64,000 bases of DNA from contig OZ176054.1 of assembly GCA_964247055.1 (NCBI GenBank), positions 5,146,001-5,210,000 on the forward strand. Direction: 5' to 3'. Origin of the DNA: Paragordius varius (taxonomy: Eukaryota; Animalia; Nematomorpha). Below the pieces are notes generated by a model, which had not been told where the DNA came from, did no database searches, and saw nothing but the letters and a program-made list of their open reading frames with translations. A program made the translations under genes and the position numbers. Positions 27,313-40,300 of the stretch are shown here, piece by piece. Position 1 is the first letter of the stretch, and each line of letters starts with the position of its first letter.

Positions 27313-28623
27313 TTAGTTTAATTTTTTCAACTCCGAAGTCCATACTTGTTGAGGCCAACCGGTTCGAGTCTTAAAACGAACTTTTGCGGACTTTTCTGAA
27401 GCATACTTCATGGGAAAGTTTGACATTGATTGGTTATTATTATTGATTGACATCATTTCCCTCTTTTATTATATATATAAAAAGTATATTTTGAGGGATT
27501 ATTTTACTAAAGCATTAATTATTATATAATAATAATTGGTACAGATGGTACCGAATGGAATGAAACAAGAAATGCAAAGTTCACATGTAAAATTAGTAAA
27601 AACAGATAAATTTTATTTAATTGACAAGATGATAGAACATAACTCAAGAAGATAAAAAGAAAATACCGCCAATTCCTCATCTTTACGCTTTCTTTCTTCT
27701 CGATTCAATCTTCGGTTCGTTAAGTCAGCTTTAAAATACTTTCTAAACGAATCATCAGAATAATTAGGGGAGTCTTTATTTGGTTCAATAAAAGTATTTT
27801 CATAATTTTGATTGGTGATAACTATTGGTATGGATAATAAATCCATCAAATAAGCAATGTAACTTGTGGCAAGTTTCAACGTTTTAATCTTAGATAGTTT
27901 GGTGTCAGCAGGCACATTCGGGATCCGATCTCTGAGATCAGAAAATGCGCTATTTATGCTTTGAGTTCGTCGCCTTTCTTTCTTATTTGCTGATACTCTC
28001 CGTTTAACAACATACACTACGGGTGTAGAAACTGTTGTATTATTATTATTATCATTATTATAGGGATAGTTTAGAGTAGGTGTCGAGTAAGTGGGAATCT
28101 CAGAATGCGGCATATTTATCCCAGCATTCTCGCTGTTTAAAAGGCAATAAGTTATTTTTTTGGATTCGAGTTTATCATAACGGGAATCGGATTCAATATT
28201 ATTACAGCAATAATAATCGATTAAATAATTGCCATTCAAATTTTCACCGTTAAAGCTATTATTTATAGGGGTTACATCATTGTATTCGATATTATTCCAT
28301 AAACTATTTTGATTGTTGCATGCGAAATTTACAGTAGAATATTGCTGGCCAATTTCATTTGGTAATTTCATGGATTTCGGTTCTCCTTCCAGAAAAGATT
28401 CATTATAAATTATTTTTTTCTGTGATGGTATTATTAGGTCATTTTGATGTTTGAATGATAAATCATAATAGGATTCAGTCGAAAGTGTGGTTTCAAGATT
28501 AAACAGACCATTGATAGCTATTCTCTCCTCTGTTAAAGGGTTTTTATTTCTTTGACTCTGGGAAAGGTAACAGGTATACTCATTGTCGATACTACTATAA
28601 TAATTATGTTTGACATAAGACAT
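27313..28623 (-). CDS. Hand: Hand (heart and neural crest derivatives expressed) bHLH transcription factor; 2 exons
   Basis: Exon 1 is 28623-27667. It starts at ATG MSYVKH (the track ORF starts at an upstream TTG) and contains the b[60 protein letters not shown], then [13 protein letters not shown], with GT at 27666. Exon 2, about 27462-27313, is missing from the ORF track and encodes the Hand C-terminal signature [19 protein letters not shown]. The exon 2 acceptor (aag at 27463-27465) is the least certain boundary. Confidence 0.95.
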
Positions 28624-28731
28624 ATGAACAATTTGATGGAAAAGGGAATTAGGCAAATGAAAATATTAACTTTTTTTATAAATATAAAAAAATATCTGTC
28701 TGAAAATATGAAATAGTTATGTTAAACAGAC

Positions 28732-28845
28732 AGATAACTGTTTATATACACTAACATATATATAAATTGTTTAAATCAAAATTAGGATAAATGTAAATTT
28801 ATTATTAGATATTCTGTGTGATTGGCGGAGATAATTAAATGATAA
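28732..28845 (-). promoter_or_regulatory. Candidate Hand core promoter (TATA + CCAAT, with GATA sites)
   Basis: On the Hand strand: TATATAAA at 28748-28741, about 120 bp upstream of the ATG, and GCCAATC at 28826-28820. WGATAA occurs at 28732, 28829 and 28840. The AT-rich background makes chance matches likely. Confidence 0.35.
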
Positions 28846-29639
28846 AACATATAAATATTCTTTTGATTAGGTAATATTCACTTATGCATGTATCTACCTC
28901 TATCCGTATGTGAAAATCATAACTATAATTTATATTATTACTATATGTCATTTTAAATAAAAACCGAGGATTAAATTATATATATATATATAATATAATA
29001 CGTATATATATAAATTAGATAATGTAGTTTTATCATCAGGTTTAAATTTGGGAAACCGATAAAACACTGGCAGCTAGAACTATTACCTTTCTCTAATTTC
29101 CAGATATAATTATCCTATCATCTCTCAATAAGGTGATGTAAAACAGATGCAAGCAATAATATTTTCTGTAAATGATTTTAATGCGAATTTACATGACACC
29201 AAAAATTATATATAGCGTAGTATTTACTTGATAGTCTTACAAAAAACCATTCATTTAAAATGAGAAAACAAAAATTTAATTTTAAACAATGATCAAAGGT
29301 GTGAAAACATTTGAATGTGTCCATTCAATCGGAAAAAGTGTAAGATGTATTGCTAGAATTAGTGCTTAAAATAGCTGTAATTGACGCTTTCGTATTATAT
29401 TTTATATTTCAAAATTTACTGAAATTAAATGGGCCATTAAAATTAAAGCATCATACTGTCTCATATCTTTCAATTTATAGGACTGATTCTCATCACAAGT
29501 GATATTTTTAACAATTTTATAGCCAAATAATTTTTCAAGTATTAATTATATTTTTTGTGACAATAAAATCCATAAAAGATGCCGACCGATTTCTGTATTG
29601 CTACACTTTTGTATAAAATAGCGTGGTATGCAACTAACT

Positions 29640-30480
29640 GTATAAATTTATCAAGACTGGAACAAATAACTTTATAAGTGACATATTCTTTTATATATTT
29701 CGCACATCTCTTAGATCGTATATGGATATGCCATAAAAACTGAATGTTCATTAAGGCAAACAATCCGTTTTTCTTTCAAACATCTTCGAAATTATTAAAG
29801 TGCTCCTCGGTATGAAGTTGTATAGGTCTAATGACGCCAGGTCTGGAGAAAACGGTGCAGAATTCTTATAATTTCAAGTATTTCACTGGATGAGAAAAAT
29901 CACTTAGCCCTGTCTCCCATTCCCGTCATTTTTCAATTCTTTCAATTACTCACTTGTTGGCGTTGTTGTGTATTAATGGTTTCATTGGGACCCAAAAAAG
30001 TTTATAATACGCAACGCTCTGGCCTTTCAAGACACAGAGTATTATCTTCTTGTCGAAGCGATTTAGCCTTGGTGTTAATGGCTGAGCAAGTTAAACAGAA
30101 AGCCACTTCCGATCATCCGTCCCAACTTGATGCAAAAATGATTTCCCTTGGCGTTAAAGCAGGATTTGAATAACTTTGCGATCTCTGATTCGACCATCTA
30201 CAAATTGTGTGGGTCCCACATTTACCGAATTTTATATACTGATTGTTTTTATGTGATACATATAAAGCCTCTAGTTGTCGAGTGTGAGTTGGGTCATCCA
30301 ATTCTTCTCACACTTTAGCGAAGTTGTGTGGTCTACCAGAGTGGCATTAGTCCAAACCTGAAATCACAACTTACCAGTTTCACATGTTTTAATGAGCATT
30401 TTCACCATATGTTTCTATCATCGAACCTTTTTCTTCAGGTGAAATATAATGTTCTTTAAAAAAAATTGACATGATCACCG
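29640..30480 (-). mobile_element. Decayed mariner transposase, third relic
   Basis: Minus-strand fragments in order: ETYGENA, SGRP-like, EELDDPTHTRQLEALYVS, DKKIILCV...YYKL..PNETINTQ, SPDLASLD. Many stops and frameshifts; TIRs not identified. Confidence 0.7.
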
Positions 30481-33400
30481 TATGATAAAAATAAATTATT
30501 ACCTTTTGACGGATTAAATAATGTATGATTTTAATTTAATAAATTTGAACGAAATGGGGTTTGTATCAAATTAATTGTCCGCCTTTTCGCTGATGTCTCC
30601 TCTTAGTAAACTAAGTAATCCTCGTAGTTAAAAATATATTTCCCATGTATTATAATATAACTGGTTTGACATTAAGTAATTACATTTCATAAGTAGTTGG
30701 AACGGGGGGCTAGTGCACCTGACGTCATAGTTGAAGGGGTGCCGGATTTTAATAAATTTTAATTTTATTTAAAAAAAAATAGGTATTTAACAGTTATAAT
30801 TTTAAATATACATAAAAAATCACCCATTTATTAGTAATCATGATCACGGTTTGAATTTTTTTTTTAAAATGCAGGGGGTGGCATGGAGGGGGCGCCATAT
30901 TCATACACCGGGTGTCAGAAATGCAAGCTACGCCTCTGGCGAAGTTATTGTAACATTAGTTTATGTACTATGCTGAGAAAATTTCAGCTAATATCTGATA
31001 TATATCGAAATACTTAATATGCTTTTCGTTTTGAGTTACGTAAAATTATTAGTTATTATTCTGCTCCAATCACAAAATCAGGGACAGGCATCAGATCAAA
31101 ATATCTTCTTGATATTATAATGTATATAAAATATTATTTTTTATAAATTTTCTAGTTTTAAATTGTTTTAACCCGTAAAATGGGGTCTTATTTAAAAAAA
31201 ATCAAAAAGAGAATTTGCGTATATTTGAGCGAATAGATTAACGTCCAAAATTATATCATATAGGAATATGCATGCTGGAGACGATAAATTGTATAAAACA
31301 TTATCGGTTTATAATTCGTTGAAGTTCGATCACCTCAGAATTGGGATTGATATATGTGTTGGTATTAAAACTTAAATAAAACAAATAGTGTTTCGATCAA
31401 AACTAACCAATTAAGCCGAATTATATTTTGATGTGATAGGAATAGGCATTTTTTATTATATTGTCTCCATGCTCAAAGTTAAAAGTAAAGGATGCATTTT
31501 AGAAAAAAGTTTATTTTGATGTCATTTTGGATATATTTTAATCATCGCGCAAATTTTTAAGTGATTTTTTAAAAGTTAAAATACACATTTTTTATAATTT
31601 TTGAATTTAATACGAAATAAGTTTATCCAATTTAGGGAATAAATTTAACATAACCAAATAACTCTCATATCATATTGATTTTGGCGATTCAGCATGTACT
31701 GTTCCGAATTTCGGCTATATTGGTATTTAAATTTTGAAATTTTTGTGTTCCAGCACAATATTTTTTGAAAAATATAAGGACCATTTAGTATATATTTTTT
31801 GGTCCTAAAGAGACAATTAAGATTGAAACTGTCGTGTCTCTGTAAGTAGATTATGAAATCTTAAAAATCTGACATCTTCTGACGGGAATCATAAAAATTT
31901 TAAATATCTAATTTAAGTGAACTTTCAACTTCTTAACAAAAATATCATTTATAACATTGTAAATTCTTTGTTAAATTTTTGATGTGCTGTAAACTTACAT
32001 ATTAAGAGTAGCATACAAAAATATAATTTATAGTCGGACAGGCTATGAAAGAATGGTCAAAGAAATCCTCTAATTTTGAGGAAGATAAGGCAACGTATTG
32101 GTAAAGTTCGATTTCGTTCTTTTTTGCCACGATGGGTATTTTGATATTCAATGGCCCACTGATTTAAATTTGCAATTATGAAAATCAAAAATGATTTATT
32201 ATTTGGAAAAAATGTTAATTTATTTTATATGACTATGATTTTACATTAATTTTTAATTTAATTTATTGTAATTTTTCATGTGCAACGAATCCAATAAATG
32301 AACGATGTATTCATAATAATTGTAATAATAATTATTTTACAATTTTTTTGCCATCCAGACTTTTAGTGTTTTATTTTGTCCACCAATAAAAAAAAATAAA
32401 TTATAATTAAAACTACTTTACAAAAGGTAAATCACCTTAGCCTCAACATTTCACCTCTTTCTAAAACCCAAAAATCAAAAAGCTATTAAAACACTTATAA
32501 CTTTTGTAAAGTGTGTGTTGTGTTAGAGTAGAGAGTAAAATTAATTATCGTTCGTTTCGTCCAAAATGCTTTTTTCTTGTGTGTGTGACATTAAAATAGA
32601 TGCTAATGTTATTTAAATTAAATAAAAACGAATATTTACTTTTATCTTTTGGATCCACTTATTTAATAATGGTAATATAAAATAGGTAAAACAATTTGTT
32701 TGATGCATTCTTATTCCTCTTAGCTAATAAATTTCACTATAAACATAACTGATGATTTTACCCTTAACTCCTACTATGGAACTCATCAATCTTCTCCCCT
32801 CCATTATTTCTATCATTCATTTATATATATATATATATATATGTAAATGACTTTTTTATTTTTATGTATTGCATAAAATTAATTTATAATTAACAGGTAG
32901 AGATAGGTAGTTAGGTATATATTGCGGAGAGTATAACTGTAAAAAGCCCCCATTTTTATCTAGTTTATAAATATTGTACTTAATAATGTGGAATATAGAA
33001 ATATGTAAATGGAAAAAATAATGACTAAAAAGAATTATTTACCCAAAAATATGATGTTAGACAGTTTGTTTCATGGCGTTTTCTTTTATCTTTTTTTCCA
33101 GTGGTCTTAAAGCTCAATCAAAACTCATAAATATTATTTATGCAGTATTTATTACAATTAGGAATTATGTATGATACATATCATTTAACAAAAAGATAAA
33201 ATATCTTTGGTATCAAAGTTTAATTTTCTCTAATTTTAACGATAAAATCTATAGTATATAAAGCTTCCTTTAACATTGCAACCTATTTTATTTGTTAAAC
33301 CTTATTTGATCATTCCCCTAATAAGACGCCACAGCTAATTTGTTTTTATATGCCGCATTATTTAACTCAACTATGCTGAATAGATATAAAGGATATACTC

Positions 33401-33859
33401 ACAAATTGGACACCCAATAATTAATCAATGTATTGGGTCTGACCGATTTTAAAAATGCATTGCACCGAGAATTTTTTATCAATTGCATCCTATGAACCTC
33501 CATTTTTTGGTTTGATTGCAAATATTTAACATATGTGTTAAGACTGCTTGTGACTATGATTGATTGTATTCTGTCAGGCCTATTTAACCCGTCAAAACCA
33601 ACTATACTTTGATGTGGAATAAAACATTAAATCATACCATAAAAACACTCTTTAAAAAGGGCGGCATACATTTTAAACTAGCTTTTTTACATATATTTTA
33701 TTGTCTTATATTGCTAAAAATAAATAGAGATGTAAATGGGTCATCATCAATTATATATTTAAAATTTATATAGGAGTCCAAGATTATAAAAGTATGAATA
33801 TCTTTAGGTTTTATCGTTTCATCTGCATCTATTACTTATAAAAGATAACAGAAAGTTTG

Positions 33860-34750
33860 ACGAGGAAATTATAGTGACAAATGGTGGGTTTTATTAGCCT
33901 ACCTTTGCGACATTACTTATAAACTTTTTTAATACGTCGCCAAGGAAGCAAAATAATAACCCAATTTGCTAATGGATTATCTTTAAAAAATTAATAATAT
34001 AAATTAGATTTTATAAATTAAACACTCCTATATTTTCCAACACTTAAAACGATTCATGAAGAAAATATGGAATTTACCGCGGAGATTCATTAAATAATAG
34101 ATCTAACATTTTTATCTAATGAGATATAATTCAAATTTCAAAAATTGAGTTATATTAAAAATTGCTAAAAACTTGTTGAAAATCCATGGCACATGGATAT
34201 ATTCAATATTAAACAACTTGAGCATTTTAGTTTTGATCAGGCGCATATCATTGAAGACTTCGTAGGTTTTAAAACTTATAATATGGATATTTAAAAAGAA
34301 TTGTAGAGAAGAAAGATATGTATTGGCAAGATGTGCCAAATAAATATGAAAATATAAAAAAATGTGCTCAAGTTATTCTAACTCTTTTTCCCTCAACTTA
34401 TACGTGTGAGACGTCATATTCAAAAATGAAGTGTGTCAAGAATACATACAGAAAGTGCTTAACCGATGATCATATGGACGACGTATTAAGATTGGCCTGT
34501 CATGAGGTGAAACCAAATTTAAAAAATATTGGTTAATATCGAAATAAAAATTTATCAAAATATTTTAAACTAAATGGTAAACCAGTTTTTAGCTGGATTT
34601 ACATGGGATCTGCAATTCATTGTGCTGATTTAGAGTATAAATATGTGCATATGTGTTAAATAGTTATGGAATATTGCCATTATAAGGTTCAAGGCCCTCG
34701 AACAAAAAATATATTTTATTTGGCCCGACAAATTTTTTTGGTGCCACTGT
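33860..34750 (+). mobile_element. hAT (Charlie/Buster, GTF2IRD2-like) transposase 3' relic
   Basis: DKWWVLLAYLCDITYKL...QGSKII near 33880. The hAT dimerisation domain at 34318-34536 reads YWQDVPNKYENIKKCAQVILTLFPSTYTCETSYSKMKCVKNTYRKCLTDDHMDDVLRLA. A degenerate Charlie-like right end follows (ggccctcgaac...tttggcccg). Confidence 0.8.
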
Positions 34751-35006
34751 TTTATGTGATTCAAAACAATTTTTAAGTTTTTTGTTTTTAAAAAATTACC
34801 ATCTCACCAATAATTTATTACCTTTAGGAGGCTTATAATTTCAAAGACAAAAACAGAGTTTAAGGTAATTTTGATATTTTTAACGGATATTAATTAATTT
34901 ACAGTGATAACTGTGCATTTTAATATCCAGTAGGTAAAATAATTTTGATAATAATTTTAAAAAAAACAAAAGCTTTTTTTTAAATGTTATACTAATTTGA
35001 CCTTAA

Positions 35007-36628
35007 TCTATATATTTATAAAAATGGAAAATGCTGGCTTTGTGATCTGGTACAGGAAAACCGGTAGACCCATTCAAATCCAAACTTCGAAAAAATATAA
35101 TCATTAATGAATGCCCCGACAGTAGCTTCGCCCTTTTTTTGAAATAGGTCCCCAGTTCGGGCCCACCCCGTATGAAAAACGGGTTTTTTTGAAAACAGAA
35201 GTCCACAAAAATCGTGTCTTGAGACACTGGAGAACGTGTTGGATCATTCAATTTCAAATATAATTTTTGTTTACTTATTTTCGATTGCGCCGAACATAGT
35301 CGAGTCACTTTTTTGATTTAGGCCCTCTTTTTACCCGCTACCCCCGTAAAATGCCATTTTTTTTTTCAAAAAACAAAGTCCACAAAAATAATTTTTTAAA
35401 TCTATTTTTCGCCCTAGGTATGAGACCGTAAAAATTCAATATGGATTCCACGATTCCCTGCTAAAAGGCATTAGTCAGGCGTTTCTTTGATGATAGCTGC
35501 TGGGTAAAGAGCTACCCGCTAAAAACTGATTCCTCATGTAACTTTGTGATCTGTTTCCGGAAAACTGGTGAACCCATTCAAATCCAAACATGAAAAAAAT
35601 TTAATCATTAATGAATGCCCCGACAATAGCTTCGCCCTTTTTTGGAATTAGGTCCCCAGTTCGGGCCTACCCCGTGTGAAAAATGGGTTAAGTCAATTTT
35701 TTGGAGAACGTGTTGGACCATTCAATTTCAAATATAATTTTTGTTTACTTATTTTCGATGCCGAACATAGTCGAGTCACTTTTTTGATTTAGGCCCTCTT
35801 TTTACCCGCTACCACCGTAAAATGCCATTTTTTTCAAAAGTCCACAAAAATAATTTTTAAATCTATTTTTCGCCCTAGGTATGAGACCGTAAAAATTCAA
35901 TATGGATTCCACGTATTCCCTATTAAAAGGCAAAAATTTTAGTCAGGCGTTTCTTTGATGATAGCTGCTGGGTAAGGAGCTACCCGCTAAAAACTGATTT
36001 CTCATGTAACTTTGTGATCTGTTTCCGGAAAACCGGTAGACCCATTCAAATCCAAACTTCGAAAAAATATAATCATTAATGAATGCCCCGACAGTAGCTT
36101 CGCCCTTTTTTTGAAATAGGTCCCCAGTTCGGGCCCACCCCGTATGAAAAACGGGTTTTTTTGAAAACAGAAGTCCACAAAAATCGTGTCTTGAGACACT
36201 GGAGAACGTGTTGGATCATTCAATTTCAAATATAATTTTTGTTTACTTATTTTCGATTGCGCCGAACATAGTCGAGTCACTTTTTTGATTTAGGCCCTCT
36301 TTTTACCCGCTACCACCGTAAAATGCCATTTTTTTCAAAAGTCCACAAAAATAATTTTTAAATCTATTTTTCGCCCTAGGTATGAGACCGTAAAAATTCA
36401 ATATGGATTCCACGTATTCCCTGTTAAAAGGCAAAAATTTTAGTCAGGCGTTTCTTTGATGATAGCTGCTGGGTAAGGAGCTACCCGCTAAAAACTGATT
36501 TCTCATGTAACTTTGTGATCTGTTTCCGGAAAACCGGTAGACCCATTCAAATCCAAACTTCGAACCCCCCCTCCCCAGAAGTCCGAAGGACTTCCTCGGG
36601 CTGCGTAGCAGCACGAGATTTACGATAG
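35007..36628 (+). mobile_element. Non-autonomous Helitron, copy 2 (1622 bp), carrying three ~470-500-bp tandem units plus a partial fourth
   Basis: 5' end A|TCTATATATTTATAAAAATGG. 3' end GAAGTCCGAAGGACTTC-CTCGGGCTGCGTAGCAGCACGAG-ATTTACGATAG|T (CTAG mutated to ATAG). Units start at the ctttgtgatctg motif at about 35039, 35542, 36010 and 36511. Confidence 0.85.
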
Positions 36629-37393
36629 TAATTATATAAAAATAATTTATACGATTTTCAGTTATTATATAAGTACATATATTGCATATGATACAATTTT
36701 GGCCATTTTCAGGTCATATGATTTGATATTTTGAGAAACATTTTTAGGTAAGAACAAATTTTTAGAATGTGGTATAAGATCGTAAATGCAAATTTTGTAA
36801 CAATCGTAGGTTTAATTTATGAAAAATCATTCAAAATTTAAAATGTTTCCTTCTAACCCCTTGATTAATTCAGATTTTTAATTAATACATCAAGGCTATA
36901 TATACTACAAATTAAATAAAAATTGGATCTACGATCTGACTCTTGATTTGGCACATAGTGTAAATTAATCTTACAGTGTTATAGAATTAAAGCCAATATC
37001 TAACGATTATGCATATAATATTTATTTAATTAAATAGAGTGTGGAAATTGTCTGACATCACATAAGTTGCATGTTTTCGTACGTTAAATACTCATATAAT
37101 AAACATGTATTGATTACGTTTTGTCAAATGTGGATTTCAAAATTGATTGTTTCCAATACATACGGAGAGGATATTATGTAAAGCTGGAATTAAGCATCGG
37201 CCCAAAATAAAGTATTACTTAAACATGAGTGTTCGTCCCATTTATGTCCAATTTGTTTGGTACGATTATTGATTCATCAGAAAAACAATTATAAGGGGAT
37301 AAAATTTAATATTTGTAGATACATATATAATGAATTTATGCATAAATAATGACTCTATTGTTCGATCATTAATAGGTAAATGTCAGATATTTT

Positions 37394-40300
37394 TCATTTT
37401 ATAAAATTAACATTTGTTTTGCAATCAAAAAGTTCGTCCTGTTCGTCCGCGGGTGTTAGTTTAAAATTTAAACTTTTGATAAATTCCTTACAAGTGTGTA
37501 TGTCAGGAAATGCTAATTCACTCACCAAAAAAGATAAATCTATTTTGGATTGTTTATATCTATAATGAATGTATAATATTAATAAACATATATAATCAGT
37601 TCCAAAAAAATCATAAAAATAAATGTATATCATTATTATCCGGCCAATCTGTATGATTACACATATAAAATACCGACACATAAAAAGCAACTGTTTAATA
37701 ACATTCTTTCACATCCGATGTATAAATAATTTCGCGCTTGAAATTCTAATACAGGCTATACAAAGAATTAAACCCCTCTTACTTTTTTACCTGTTCGCGT
37801 TTATGAATTTTCCATTCAATCAAAATAATTAAAAAATGATAAAAATTCTAAAATAGATAGCACAATTGTTTAAACTTACGCTTTTATAATCTTTTCAAGT
37901 GCAAGTTTACGTTCCCGGACAATAAACCAATCTATTAAATATGCTGACATACGGAGCGCACCTTTAGAATATAAATTAAAAAATTTGTGATAATTTCCCT
38001 GGCTCCAAGCGCAATACAAATGAACTACAAATTTTATCATTGGATGATTTTTTATGGCGATATCTAGGTTCCCAAGAGTATTGTTCAAATCTAATATTTA
38101 ATAATGTTGGCTTTATTTAAGATAAATTAATATAATTATCAAAAATAAATGATTTTTACCTAATATACCTATCTTTGATTTTAAAGTTTTTAGTTAAAAC
38201 ATTACAAAAATTTTATTTTGAGACCTAAGGATATTAAGAGAAAATTTTTATATAATGGTGCGAATTATATAAATATTTCATATCAATCAACTCGGGGCAA
38301 GCGAGTGTTAATAACTTAATAAATAGGGAGAGATATAGAATTTATAAATATTAAAGGAACGGGTTATTTTGGGGATTGTATATGAATAAAACGATTCCAG
38401 CAGTAAACATATATTGCGCAGATATGATAAAATAGTTGACATAATAATTAACAACTTATGTATTATTTTACCAATATTCAGTCATTACAATTTTAGTACT
38501 CTTTAAAAAAATTTATTTACAAAACATTCACTCAAATCAAATAAATAGCAAGCAATGTTAAAAGTATATACCATTTGAACTATTGGTAAACATATGGTAT
38601 ATGATGTAATATGCAATAAATTCCTCCTTAAACTTGGAGGGTTGGCCTTCGTCATAAAGGGCCTGAAGTTGTGTTTGACACTGATTAAACTCTTCACGAT
38701 CGGCCATTTCCAATGCAATCCTACAATGAGTTTCATATACCGCAACAGTCAAACTATCCCGTATGTTTTGAACCTGCGTACGAATGTGAATCATTTATAT
38801 AGGGTCAAATATTTTAATTAATTTTACCAGTTAAGAAAATAGATTATAAAAGCCTAAACATTAACTTATGTATTTTATATTAAGTATAAAGGCTTAATTT
38901 GTAATACCATCAAATCTTGGCGGATGGATTTCAATTGTTCACATGCATAATGGTAATTGTGTTCGGTGCACCATTTATTTTGAACATGAAGTAAAGATTT
39001 ATATAATATTACTGCTGGTCTTATGATTTCTGGATCCGGAGCCTAAAATCATAAAATATATATTTATTTTAAATATCGCTTATAAAACAAATAAAATAAG
39101 CATAATCTCACTGAAGTCAAACGGAGATAAGGTCTTTCAATGTTTGTTGAAGTACCAATCACATGTATCTTGGTCCAATCTATAGATGAGTCTAATGAAT
39201 CCTCTTGAAGCTAAAATATTGATATATTTATATTATATATGTAATGTTGGGAAATTGTATATTTGGATTAACATGTGTTAAACGCCAATACTTATTTATA
39301 CCAATAATATCATTCAATCATTAATTATAATCAATTTAATCAAAATAAAGTTACGAAAAAATAATATGCAATAAACATAAAGGGTGGATAAATTTTGCGT
39401 AAATAATATACTCCCATTACTCCAAATTTGGAAAGGAAAGGGTCATCAACATTCTTGCGTGCAATTAACTCTTGTTCTTCATTTAGCTTAAACCTGTTTG
39501 AACGCTTTTCAAGCAATTCCTTATTTGAGGATATTTGACCTTGCAATTTACTGTACAAATAAAAATGAATATAATGAATTAATTAATTATTTGATTCAAA
39601 AAAATGATTAAAAAATTACAATGCTTCCCGGGAAGTTAAACCATCTTTTCGGGCTAAATATATATATTCAAAAATTATTATATTTCAATATAATTAAATC
39701 TTTAAAGGTTAGTAATAAAAAGTAAATTTTGTGAAAACCTTCGGCTAAATTGTTGGTTAGAGTTGATATTAATGTGGATGATAATGATTCCGTGTTGATC
39801 TCCAGTCCCAATCTTATATAAATTAAATAAATAAATTATTTGCGATCTAAAATTAAATTTCATAAGTAGACCATTTTTGAATGTCATTATATAATAATAT
39901 AATATTTATCAATAACAATTAGCTTATTTATAACATTTAAAAGAAAAAAAACTTAAAGTAGAAATTTTTCAAATAAGCCTAGAGCAGATTGTATAATCAA
40001 TATATTAATTATTTTACTTGTTTATCTTTTGAAGTTTGCGATTTTTCTTGGGGAAATTTGGCTTTTTATCAATATTTCCAGGGGGAGTTCCATTCGAATA
40101 ATCCCACCTATAAGCTTTACCTATAATAATTAATTAAAATTATATTTCATTTTAAGAAAAAAATAAATATGTTTTAGGGTGAAACCTTTGTGATGAGGTG
40201 ATGCTAAGTGATTTCTTCGTTTATTGTTAATAACAGGACTTCGGCTATTGGATCGGGAAATCGATTTAGAAGCGGCAGACCCTGAACGACTATAATTACA

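Noticed and set aside
28624-28656. ORF-track start of Hand at 28656
   Set aside because: It is a TTG. The first in-frame ATG is at 28623.
35003-36280. Two near-identical ORFs (101 aa and 92 aa, MTRLCSAQSK...) that look like a duplicated small gene
   Set aside because: They start at GTG codons, lie antisense inside the Helitron tandem units, have no recognisable domain, and the frame is broken in the other units.
35039-36560. Regularly spaced repeats as a CRISPR-like array or an rDNA/5S/tRNA cluster
   Set aside because: The units are contiguous ~500-bp repeats without unique spacers, and I saw no tRNA cloverleaf, Pol III boxes or rRNA signature. The context is a eukaryotic transposon.
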